Shown: piece after piece, positions 55,435 to 64,000 of the stretch
Position numbering within the stretch: the first letter of the stretch is position 1
Layout: each line of letters starts with the position of its first letter
Assembly (NCBI GenBank): GCA_038143065.1
Contig: JAYQLI010000035.1
Span: 1,792,894 to 1,856,893 of the forward strand
DNA: 64,000 nucleotides
Origin: Rhodospirillales bacterium
GTDB taxonomy: Bacteria > Pseudomonadota > Alphaproteobacteria > Bin95
Reading direction: 5' to 3'
Notes under the pieces: generated by a model
What the model saw: only the letters and a program-made list of their open reading frames with translations
Told to the model about the DNA's origin: nothing
Database searches by the model: none
Program-made: the position numbers and the translations under genes

Positions 55435-56018
55435 TCATAAGGGCAACATCCAAATCGCAAACAGCGGATCATTGCCCGACTTCATCGCGTGAATAATATT
55501 GGGCCTGTTATAGATCAATCCTCCAGGCCCAGGAGATTGCCATTCTCCATTATTTTGTCTCCAGCACCCATCACTGAGCGCTATGTAAACCTCCTCTGGC
55601 GGATGTTGATGATTGGGATAAACAGTATTGGGCGATAACAAACTTACCCCTATCCGGATATCAGTTCGATATTCCAATCCCGTATCACCCACTATAACGG
55701 CATTTGCGTGAGACTTAAGCCAATTCGGATCATTAGAGTGTCGATCCGATCGTGTCTGCCAGGAAAGTTTTGGAGTTAAAACCTCCAAGGCTTCTGCTAG
55801 CCCACCTACTGGCCCAGACTTGGCTGTTTTAACAGCTTTATCCAACCACGCTGTTACTGGAACTTCATGGGATGATAACGCCCCTTTGTAGGCACCAATA
55901 TTTTTGAGCCTCTCATATACGAGATCAGTTGCTGACATAATTTTTTCGTCAGGTTTTCTTTTAAAAATTGCGATTTTCAGTTCATTCAAAAAAACTCAAG
56001 ATCATCATTTCGAGGCAT
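55435..56018 (-). CDS. DMSP-lyase-family cupin (DddL/DddQ-like); probable T-run frameshift near 55990
   Basis: HANAVIVG..GLE, GVSLL.P...YPNHQHPPEEVY, N.PNIIHAM.SG..PLFAIW; adding one T extends the start to ATG 56018 (MPRNDDLEFFL). Confidence 0.75.
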
Positions 56019-56083
56019 AATTTTTCTCAATTCATTATTAATCTGGAGCATTTCACGAGCAGCCTGCTAAGCTTCTCACAAAT

Positions 56084-56881
56084 GTGACAACAAAAGGCAG
56101 TCAAGTTAAGAAAATTAGTCTAGTGACAGGAGGGGGAAGCGGGATTGGCAGAGCAACCTCCACCAAGCTATCGACGCGTGAAAATCACGTAATTGTTGCT
56201 GACATCGATGAAGAAGGTGCTGCAGAAACCGTTTCCCGAATTAAGGCGGCAGGAGGGGATGCAAGCGCAACTAAAACTGATGTATCTGACGAATTATCAG
56301 TTGCTGCCTTGATGCAGACTGTCGCAAAGGCGGGCCGTATTGATACCCTCGTGAACTGTGCGGGTATCCTGCAAAACGGTTCGCGTGTTGAAGATATGGA
56401 CTTGGCTGAACATGACAGAATTTGGAACGTTAACTATCGCGGCACCTATCTTTGTTGCCGGGCCTTTGGACCGGTAATGGCGGAATATGGTGTTGGTTCA
56501 ATAGTTAACATTGGTTCAATAGCTGGTTTCGAGATGTTCCCATTACCCGCCTACAGTCCTTCGAAAGCTGCTATTCACCAATTAACGAAGGTGTTGGCTG
56601 GCGATTTAGGACCCCGTGGTGTTCGTGTTAATGCCGTAGCCCCCGGATTTGTTATGACTGAAGCTTTGAAGGCTCGAGTAGAAGCTGGTGAAAGAGACAC
56701 ATCCGTAATGGAAGAACAGAAGACACTACGTCGAATTGTTGAACCAGATGAAATTGCCGATGCTATCCTTTTTCTCTGTAGTAGTGCGGCTAGAGCAATT
56801 ACTGGCGCAACACTCCCAGTAGATAACGGTTGGCTGGCTGGGCTTGCTTACAATACCTATGCCGGCAACAAGAAAAACTAA
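56084..56881 (+). CDS. SDR family oxidoreductase
   Basis: TGGGSGIG, NCAG, YSPSK, VDNG. Confidence 0.9.
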   Translation: MTTKGSQVKKISLVTGGGSGIGRATSTKLSTRENHVIVADIDEEGAAETVSRIKAAGGDASATKTDVSDELSVAALMQTVAKAGRIDTLVNCAGILQNGSRVEDMDLAEHDRIWNVNYRGTYLCCRAFGPVMAEYGVGSIVNIGSIAGFEMFPLPAYSPSKAAIHQLTKVLAGDLGPRGVRVNAVAPGFVMTEALKARVEAGERDTSVMEEQKTLRRIVEPDEIADAILFLCSSAARAITGATLPVDNGWLAGLAYNTYAGNKKN

Positions 56882-56899
56882 CCTTTGGAGGATACATAA

Positions 56900-57997
56900 A
56901 TGCCAGCAGCAGCCAAAGCCGCCATCCTGCGAGAGACAGGCCAACCATTAACAATTGAAACCATTACAGTCGACGATCCAGGACCTCGCGAGATCCGGAT
57001 TAAGACTAAAGCCTGTGGGGTATGTCACTCTGACTTACACATGGCAGAGGGTTCTTATCCTTGGCGCTACCCAACGGTACTGGGACACGAAAGTGCTGGA
57101 ATAGTTGAAGCAGTTGGCAACCAAGTTACAGACTTTCAGGTAGGAGATACAGTAATTACTTGCCTCTCAGTCTTTTGCGGCAATTGCGAGTATTGTCTGT
57201 CAGGAAAGATGAGCCTTTGCGAGAGTCCATCCCGCATGCGTGGGGAAAATGATAGGCCAAGGTTATCTCAAGGGGACATGGAAATTCACCAATTCGCACA
57301 ACTTTCCTCCTTTGCTGAACGGATGCTTGTACATGAGCATGCCGCGGTCAAAATCCGAGAAGATATGCCGTTAGACAAGGCTGCTCTTATTGGATGTGGG
57401 GTAACTACTGGTGTTGGAGCAGTTCAAAACACAGCTAGAATCGAGGCTGGGTCAACAGTTGCTGTCATAGGCTGCGGAGGCGTTGGCCTATCCGCGATTA
57501 ATGGTGCTGCGATTGCTGGCGCAGGCCGCATTATTGCAATTGATCTTTCAGCTACCAAGCTCAACCTGGCTAAGGAATTTGGAGCAACCGATTTAGTTAA
57601 TCCTAACGATGGAGATCCCGTAAAGCAGGTACGGAACCTGATTGGTGGGGGTGGAGTACATTATGCTTTTGAAGCTATTGGGCTGAAGCAAACGGCCGAA
57701 GATGCCTTTCGCATGATTCGGCCTGGAGGAACTGCTACTATCATTGGCATGATTCCGGTAGGCACAAAAATTGAACTTCATGGCCCTGAATTTCTCCGCG
57801 AGAAAAAAATCCAAGGATCCACAATGGGATCAAATCGGTTCCGAGTTGATATGCCTCGTTACATTGATTTTTACATGCAGAGAAGACTTAAACTAGACGA
57901 ATTAGTCTCTCAGCATATCGCTCTGGAAGATGTGAACGATGCATTTGAGGAAATGAAAAAGGGCGAAATTGCCCGGTCTGTGATCATGTTCAATTAA
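56900..57997 (+). CDS. Zn-dependent alcohol dehydrogenase (class III/FDH-like MDR)
   Basis: CHSD, GHE, C..C..C.......C structural Zn site, GCGGVG. Confidence 0.92.
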   Translation: MPAAAKAAILRETGQPLTIETITVDDPGPREIRIKTKACGVCHSDLHMAEGSYPWRYPTVLGHESAGIVEAVGNQVTDFQVGDTVITCLSVFCGNCEYCLSGKMSLCESPSRMRGENDRPRLSQGDMEIHQFAQLSSFAERMLVHEHAAVKIREDMPLDKAALIGCGVTTGVGAVQNTARIEAGSTVAVIGCGGVGLSAINGAAIAGAGRIIAIDLSATKLNLAKEFGATDLVNPNDGDPVKQVRNLIGGGGVHYAFEAIGLKQTAEDAFRMIRPGGTATIIGMIPVGTKIELHGPEFLREKKIQGSTMGSNRFRVDMPRYIDFYMQRRLKLDELVSQHIALEDVNDAFEEMKKGEIARSVIMFN

Positions 57998-58013
57998 CAG
58001 GACAAAACTACTC

Positions 58014-58835
58014 ATGACTATCGTCGACGCTCAAATTCACCTTTGGGGACAAGGGCTGCCATCAAATATGGCACACCGACAAGTTACATCGTTTCTGGCA
58101 CCAGAAGCTATTGCCATGATGGATGAAGCTGATGTCGCTGGTGCGGTAATCCACCCCCCACCTTGGGACCCCACGTCAGAAGCTTTAGCTCTTCAGGCGG
58201 TCTCCGACTATCCGGGCCGTTTCTCTATAATGGCATCACCACCTCTGGAAGGCCCAGGCGCTGCAGATAGGGTAAGAGATCTCAGAAAAACACCAGGAAT
58301 GCTTGGTATCCGCTATACTTTTCTTGCAGGACGAGAGCGCGAATTGCTTTCTTCTGGTGAACTTGATCAAATCTGGGCCGCCGCTGAAGAAGGTGGAGTG
58401 CCGGTTTCAGCTCTGTGTACCGATACTTTGGCCACGTTTGCAAAAATTGCTGAAAAGCATCCTGGCTTAAAAATTACGATTGATCATCTAGGAGGCCGCG
58501 GTGGTAATACCACGCTAAAAGACCACGCAGCCATGACACATATGCCTGAGCTTTTGGCGCTCGCTCGTTACCCAAATATCGCCGTAAAAGCTACGGGCGC
58601 TCCTGGTTATTCAGCCGAAGGATATCCCTTTCCCATAATGCTCGACTATGTACGCCAGGTATTCGAAACCTTTGGACCAGAGCGAACTTTCTGGGGGACC
58701 GATATCACGAAAATGCCATGTTCCTGGACGGAATGTATCGACATGTTTACTGCCGCCCCATGGCTTAAAGGAGATGATCAACGCCTCGTTATGGGTGATG
58801 CAATTTGTAATTGGTGGGGCTGGGAAAGAACATAA
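58014..58835 (+). CDS. Amidohydrolase_2 family protein (lactonase/decarboxylase-like)
   Basis: DAQIH, DHLG, K..G, FGPER.FWGTD. Confidence 0.85.
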   Translation: MTIVDAQIHLWGQGLPSNMAHRQVTSFLAPEAIAMMDEADVAGAVIHPPPWDPTSEALALQAVSDYPGRFSIMASPPLEGPGAADRVRDLRKTPGMLGIRYTFLAGRERELLSSGELDQIWAAAEEGGVPVSALCTDTLATFAKIAEKHPGLKITIDHLGGRGGNTTLKDHAAMTHMPELLALARYPNIAVKATGAPGYSAEGYPFPIMLDYVRQVFETFGPERTFWGTDITKMPCSWTECIDMFTAAPWLKGDDQRLVMGDAICNWWGWERT

Positions 58836-58855
58836 GCGGCTTAGAGGAGCAAGTA

Positions 58856-59626
58856 ATGGGCAAAATGGAAGGCAAAACCACAATAATTACGGGTGGTGCG
58901 AGGGGAATCGGTGCGGCAGCGGCCAAGCTATTCACTAGCGAAGGTGGCCGCGTGATGCTTGTTGATGTGCTCGAGGACCCAATGGCAAAACTAGTTGCCG
59001 AGTTGGGTGAAGACAAAGCTGCTTACGTAGTTGCAGATGTGTCGGATGAGGAAGCCACTAAACACTATGTTTCCCAGACAATTGCACACTTTGGCGCCGT
59101 GGATGCCGCACTTCTGAATGCAGGCATCGTAGGTGAAGTCAAATCCTTTGCGGACTATCCGGCGGAGGCCTTCGACCGGCTAATGGCAATTAACGTGCGT
59201 GGTGTATGGCTTGGTCTAAAGTATGTGATGCAGGCAATGAGTGCCAAGGGTGGATCAATCGTTTGCACTTCTTCAACATCAGGTATTAGGGCAACCAGAA
59301 ATATAGCACCCTACACGGCCTCAAAACATGCAGTGATAGGACTGATGCGTTCTGCTGCCCTTGAGGGTGCTGCCCACGATATTAGAGTTAATACAGTCAA
59401 CCCCGCCGCCACTGAAACCGACATGATTTTTGAGATTGAGACGAAGCGTGGAGTGACCGCAGGGGCTAACGTCAACGCTACTATGGCTCAAGGCACACCA
59501 ATGCAGCGCTACGGAACGGCGGAAGAAATTGCGAGAATGATGCTATTCTTGGCCAGCGATGATTCAAGCTTCTGCACGGGTGGTGTTTATATGGTGGACG
59601 GTGGAGTTTCAGCTGGCCGAGTATGA
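58856..59626 (+). CDS. SDR family oxidoreductase
   Basis: TGGARGIG, NAG, YTASK, VDGG. Confidence 0.9.
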   Translation: MGKMEGKTTIITGGARGIGAAAAKLFTSEGGRVMLVDVLEDPMAKLVAELGEDKAAYVVADVSDEEATKHYVSQTIAHFGAVDAALLNAGIVGEVKSFADYPAEAFDRLMAINVRGVWLGLKYVMQAMSAKGGSIVCTSSTSGIRATRNIAPYTASKHAVIGLMRSAALEGAAHDIRVNTVNPAATETDMIFEIETKRGVTAGANVNATMAQGTPMQRYGTAEEIARMMLFLASDDSSFCTGGVYMVDGGVSAGRV

Positions 59627-60707
59627 TCATTCAGCAAGCAAGAAGGGGGCACTCGACTCTATTGCCACCTTACGGACTTCTTCAATGAGAGTGTCTGCAA
59701 TTGGTATACCATCTACTGAACGAGTTGCTGTAGCCCGAACTTCTGGATCACCTGCAACCTGTACAGGATTTTCTGGATCTGCCGGTGGGGTTGCGTGAAG
59801 CATATCAATCATACGGTCTAAATCGGCTTGAAACTCTCCATCGGCACGGACCTTGGAAGGATCTATCGCCAAGAAGAAATGCCCTACATTTGTCTTCGTC
59901 CGCACTGGTTTGCCATCTGGACCTGGTCCATCAGACCAAGATCCTGGAGAGAGTTGCGCACAATATTTCGACCATAGTGGCAAGCCCGTAACCCTTATGG
60001 CTACCTCGCTCTCTATCGCCACCTAAAGGCGTGAGACGACGCGCTTCAAATGCTGCTGCACCGTCGGTTTCTATTTGGCCTTCACTATTTAGGCCCCAAC
60101 CTTCGGGAATAGCTTTTCCTAGTCTTCGAGCAATATTCAATTTTCCGACAGCTACAGTGGTAGTCGCCATATCAAGACTAAATGGTGGATTGCGCTCTGC
60201 AGGGGCTGCGAAGGCAATCGGGTTCGTGCCTAGTATAGGGTCACGACCAAATGTTGGAACCATGGCTGGAGTTGGAGCGTTGGTCATCGCCATTCCAACA
60301 ATACCGTCCTCAGCCGCCATTCTACTGTAATAGCCTGCAGCACCAAAATGATTGGAATTTCTAACAGAAACCACAGCCACACCCATTGTTCGGGCCTTTT
60401 CCATTGCAAGCTTCATTGCCATTACCGATGGAGGATGGCCTAGGCTGCGGTCAGCATCGATTAAAGCAGCCCCAGGTTTTTCTCTAACGACTCGAATATC
60501 AGGGGTATCCTTTATCATGCCACGACCACGCCTCTGATGGTAACCTGGTAACATACCAAGACCATGGCTATCGACACCCGAGAGGTCGGTTGCAACCATT
60601 ACCTCTACAGTCGTAGCTATATTTTCAGATGTCATACCCCATGCCTGAAAGACTGCTTCAAGCTGAGCGCGAACAACACTTGCTGGAATATTGGTGACTC
60701 TTGCCAT
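59627..60707 (-). CDS. Ldh_2 family (type 2 malate/L-sulfolactate/ureidoglycolate) oxidoreductase (frameshift near 59945)
   Basis: GVDSHG, NSNHFGAAG, GTNPIA, LDMATT, HKGYGL, FFLAIDP, AGDPE. Confidence 0.88.
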
Positions 60708-61052
60708 TCGCTTATTCATCCTAATTCGTATTTGCTATTTTTGGTTAACCCGCTCCGCTCAAGTAGAGGGGCCTCAATCTGAAATGTTATCTGCCCATTC
60801 GAGCCACTTCACTATAAGACCCTGGCGGATCATCCCAAAATGATCTTAGTTGATAAACTTGAAGAAAATTACATTCGCATCGATTCATCTTATATGCGCA
60901 AGGTGCTAAGTTTTTCTGATCGAAGAATTTTACGTCAGGACTGATATTCAGCAACGTTTCACCGACATTTTTTGAGAGAAACACAAAATATCACCTGCAG
61001 AGTGAACACATTACAATTTTAGATCCCTTGAGGGGTTTCCAGGACTCACGCC

Positions 61053-61937
61053 ATGAAAAAAGTAAAAATAGATAAACTTGAGATTGCATACTTAGATTCA
61101 GGCCCGAAAGATGGCCCAGTTGCGATGCTAATGCACGGTTTTCCATACGACATAGAGAGTTATTCAAAAGTTGGTCCTTTGCTGAACGGGCGTGGAATTC
61201 GAACAATAATTCCTTATCTCCGAGGATACGGCCATACAGTTTTTCTTGATCCCCAAACTCCTCGCTCAGGAGAACAAGCAGCCTTAGGGGCAGACCTTCT
61301 TGAACTTATGGATGTTCTTGCCATCGAGCAGGCAGTCTTAGCGGGATACGACTGGGGCGGTCGAGCTGCAAATGTTGTTGCAGCTCTCTGGCCTGCTCGG
61401 GCCAAGGGCTTGGTGACGGGAGCTGGGTATAACATACAAAATGTAGCCGCTTCGGAACGACCCGCGTCACCCGAAGCGGAGCATCGCTATTGGTACCAAT
61501 ACTATTTCCACACGCCCAGGGGTCGGTCAGGCCTAGAGCAGAATCGGGCTAATCTTGCACGCCTTCTCTGGAAATTGTGGTCTCCAGAATGGAATTTTTC
61601 TGAGACCGAATTTCTTAAAACCGCCTCTAGTTTCGATAATCCTGATTTTGTCGAAGTAGTAATCCAGTCTTATCGAGTTCGCTACGGATATGCAGAGGCA
61701 GATCCTGCTTATGCACAGATCGAAGCGGCTCTCTCAAAAATGCCGGATATAAATGTTCCCACAATTAATCTTCACGGTTTAGCCGATGGAGTGCACCCAG
61801 CACCTAAAAACGATCGACAATCGACAAAATTCACCGGTAGTTACAAACGACGATTGCTAGAAAAAGTAGGCCACAATGTTGCGCAAGAGGCACCAGTGGC
61901 ATTTGCAGATGCAGTTACTGAATTGGCCGGGGGATAA
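61053..61937 (+). CDS. Alpha/beta hydrolase (epoxide hydrolase-like)
   Basis: HGFP, GYDWGG nucleophile elbow, WYQYYF, GH..QEAP. Confidence 0.88.
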   Translation: MKKVKIDKLEIAYLDSGPKDGPVAMLMHGFPYDIESYSKVGPLLNGRGIRTIIPYLRGYGHTVFLDPQTPRSGEQAALGADLLELMDVLAIEQAVLAGYDWGGRAANVVAALWPARAKGLVTGAGYNIQNVAASERPASPEAEHRYWYQYYFHTPRGRSGLEQNRANLARLLWKLWSPEWNFSETEFLKTASSFDNPDFVEVVIQSYRVRYGYAEADPAYAQIEAALSKMPDINVPTINLHGLADGVHPAPKNDRQSTKFTGSYKRRLLEKVGHNVAQEAPVAFADAVTELAGG

Positions 61938-61942
61938 AATTC

Positions 61943-63285
61943 ATGACCCAGACAACCCTCGAACTAGCTAAATTTGTTACTTCCACTCATGCAGACGACT
62001 TGCCAGCTAACGTGCGCCAGGATGCAACTCGCCAATTCCATAACTTTGTTGGCTGCACCCTTGGTGGGATGACACATGATGCAACAGTCCGAACATTTAA
62101 AACTGTTTTACCGTTCACCGGGGAGGCAAAGACCGCACTGATAGGTCGGAAAGAAAAATTGTCTGCGCCAGACGCCGTGCTAGTAAACGCTCAAGCCTCC
62201 GCTGCGCACGCATTTGATGACACGCACCTCTCTACAGTTCTCCACCCAGCTGGCCCAATAGCAGCACCACTTATGGCTGAAGCAGAAAGGCAGATTATTT
62301 CTGGCCAAAACCTCCAACTCGCATTCACTATTGGAGTGGAGGTTGCATGCAGAATTGCGATGGCCCTCACCGTACCCCTGCGGAAACACAGGTTGGTTGG
62401 TATATGTCAAGCGTTGCAACACCTATTGGCGCAGCCGCTGCTTTAGCAAACCTTCTGAAATTTGATGAGGAACAGACACTTCACGCATTGGGCTTGGCAG
62501 CTAACGCTGCCATGGGCTTCCGCGAAACCCACGGCTCGATGTGCACCAGCCTCTTGCCAGCGCAAGCCTCGCGCGCTGGCTACATGGCGGCATTATTAGC
62601 CGCAGAAGGAGTAACCGCGACTGGTGCTTCTCTGGAAGGCCCTAAAGGCTTTGGCAAAGTTTTTGCTCCAAAGGCTCACTTAGAACATGTAACGGCAGAG
62701 CTCGGAACGCGATGGGAAATGCGGGACAACATGCCGAAGCCATATCCATGCGGCATCGTCATACACCCCATCCTCGATGCGTGCCTTGATATCTCAAATG
62801 ACCCTAATTTTACCGCAAGAGAAATTGACAACATTCTGTTAAGACTTAATCCACTATGTTTAACGCTGACAGATAGACCCGAACCACCAGACGCCCAGCT
62901 AGCTCAGGTTAGCCTTCAGCATTGGTCAGCAGTAGCGCTTGTAAGGAAAGCTGCAAGCATCGCAGAAGGTTCGGCAGAGGCGGTCAGTAACCCAGAAGTT
63001 ATTGCCGCACGGCGCAAAATTCAGGTTCAACCGGATAATGCGGTGAATCGGGATGGGGCCGACGTTACCATCAAGATGATCAATGGAAAGGTCTATCATC
63101 GGCGAATTGAGTACGGGATAGGGAGTCTTAAGCAGCCAATGTCAAATGAAGCCCTCGAGAGCAAATTTATTAATCAGGCTAAGCTTGTACTATCCGACCA
63201 AAAATCACAAAACTTGTCTAATCTCTGCTGGCAACTCGAAGATTTGGATGACGCGGCACTCATTATGCGAAATGCTCAGCCATGA
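61943..63285 (+). CDS. MmgE/PrpD family protein (frameshift near 62377)
   Basis: H..DDTH...HPA, G.EVA.RI, LEGP.GF, KPYPCG...HP, Q.SL. Confidence 0.88.
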
Positions 63286-64000
63286 CGGAAAAAAAAGTTG
63301 TAATAGTTACCGGTGCCGCAAGAGGAATAGGCCGAGCTGCAACAGATTTATTCCTTGCCGACGGCTGGAATGTTGTGATGATCGACCGGCTAGGTGAGCT
63401 ACTAGAAACTGAAGCTAGAAAACTTCAAAATACATTTGCGCTCAAGGCTGATGTGTCCAATCCGCAAGATGCTAATCGCATAATGACAGAAGCTGTTCGA
63501 GAGTTTGGACGCGTGGATTGCCTGGTCAATAATGCTGGTGTTGCTGATTTCGGTCTTCTTGAAGAACACGACTTTGCCCGCTGGAGGCGAGTCATGGAAA
63601 CAAATCTTGATGGTGTTTTCTCTGCTCTCAAGCCGCAATTCCTTATTTAAAAGAGGGTAGAGGCTCGATTGTTAACATAGGCTCTATTTCAGGCCTTCGG
63701 GCTTCAACTCTAAGAGTTGCTTACGGCACTTCTAAAGCCGCTGTTATCCACCTTACCAAGCAACAGGCGGCTGAACTTGGTGAATATGGTGTGCGAGTGA
63801 ACTGTGTCTCCCCAGGACCAGTTGCTACCGAGATGTCAAAGCAAGTTCACTCCCAAGATATCATAGATGCTTATCATGACGCTATTCCATTAAACCGATA
63901 TGGAACCGAACGCGAAATTGCCGAAGCAATTGTGTTCCTCGCGAGCGACAAAGCATCCTACATTACTGGCCAAGTAATTGCGGTAGATGGAGGGTTTGAT
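63282..64000 (+). CDS. SDR oxidoreductase, HpsO-like; frameshift near 63618 and runs off the window end
   Basis: TGAARGIG, NNAGVADFG; second frame SISGLRASTLRVAYGTSKAA..QQAAELGEYG..YHDAIPLNRYG. Confidence 0.8.

Overview
A 64 kb chromosomal segment of an alphaproteobacterium. Gene order and protein signatures are Rhodospirillales-like, and the catabolic content suggests a marine heterotroph (both inferred). Conserved housekeeping blocks are ychF, clpB, hspQ, glmM-thiD, secB/fxsA/tim44-mltA-smr, 6S RNA-ygfA-ymdB, yebC-ruvCAB-ybgC-tolQRAB-pal-cpoB-tilS-ftsH and sdhCDAB. They alternate with accessory catabolic clusters: an acyl-CoA/beta-oxidation cluster at 15-23 kb and an oxidoreductase/hydrolase cluster with organosulfur hints at 54-64 kb. 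At least a dozen 1-2 nt frameshifts occur, mostly in homopolymers and also in sdhA, clpB and mltA. These look like long-read errors rather than pseudogenes, and one of them creates a false Smr-RsmB fusion. Features not shown by the ORF track: a full-length decayed tRNA-Lys(CTT) at 4902-4977 beside a compact thermonuclease gene; an intact-looking tRNA-Arg(CCG); a 6S RNA; an RpoH-type promoter containing a perfect palindrome upstream of clpB; and a chrR gene that keeps an RpoE-type promoter but has no adjacent rpoE. I saw no CRISPR array, integrase or transposase. All calls come from manual motif recognition; no searches were run.
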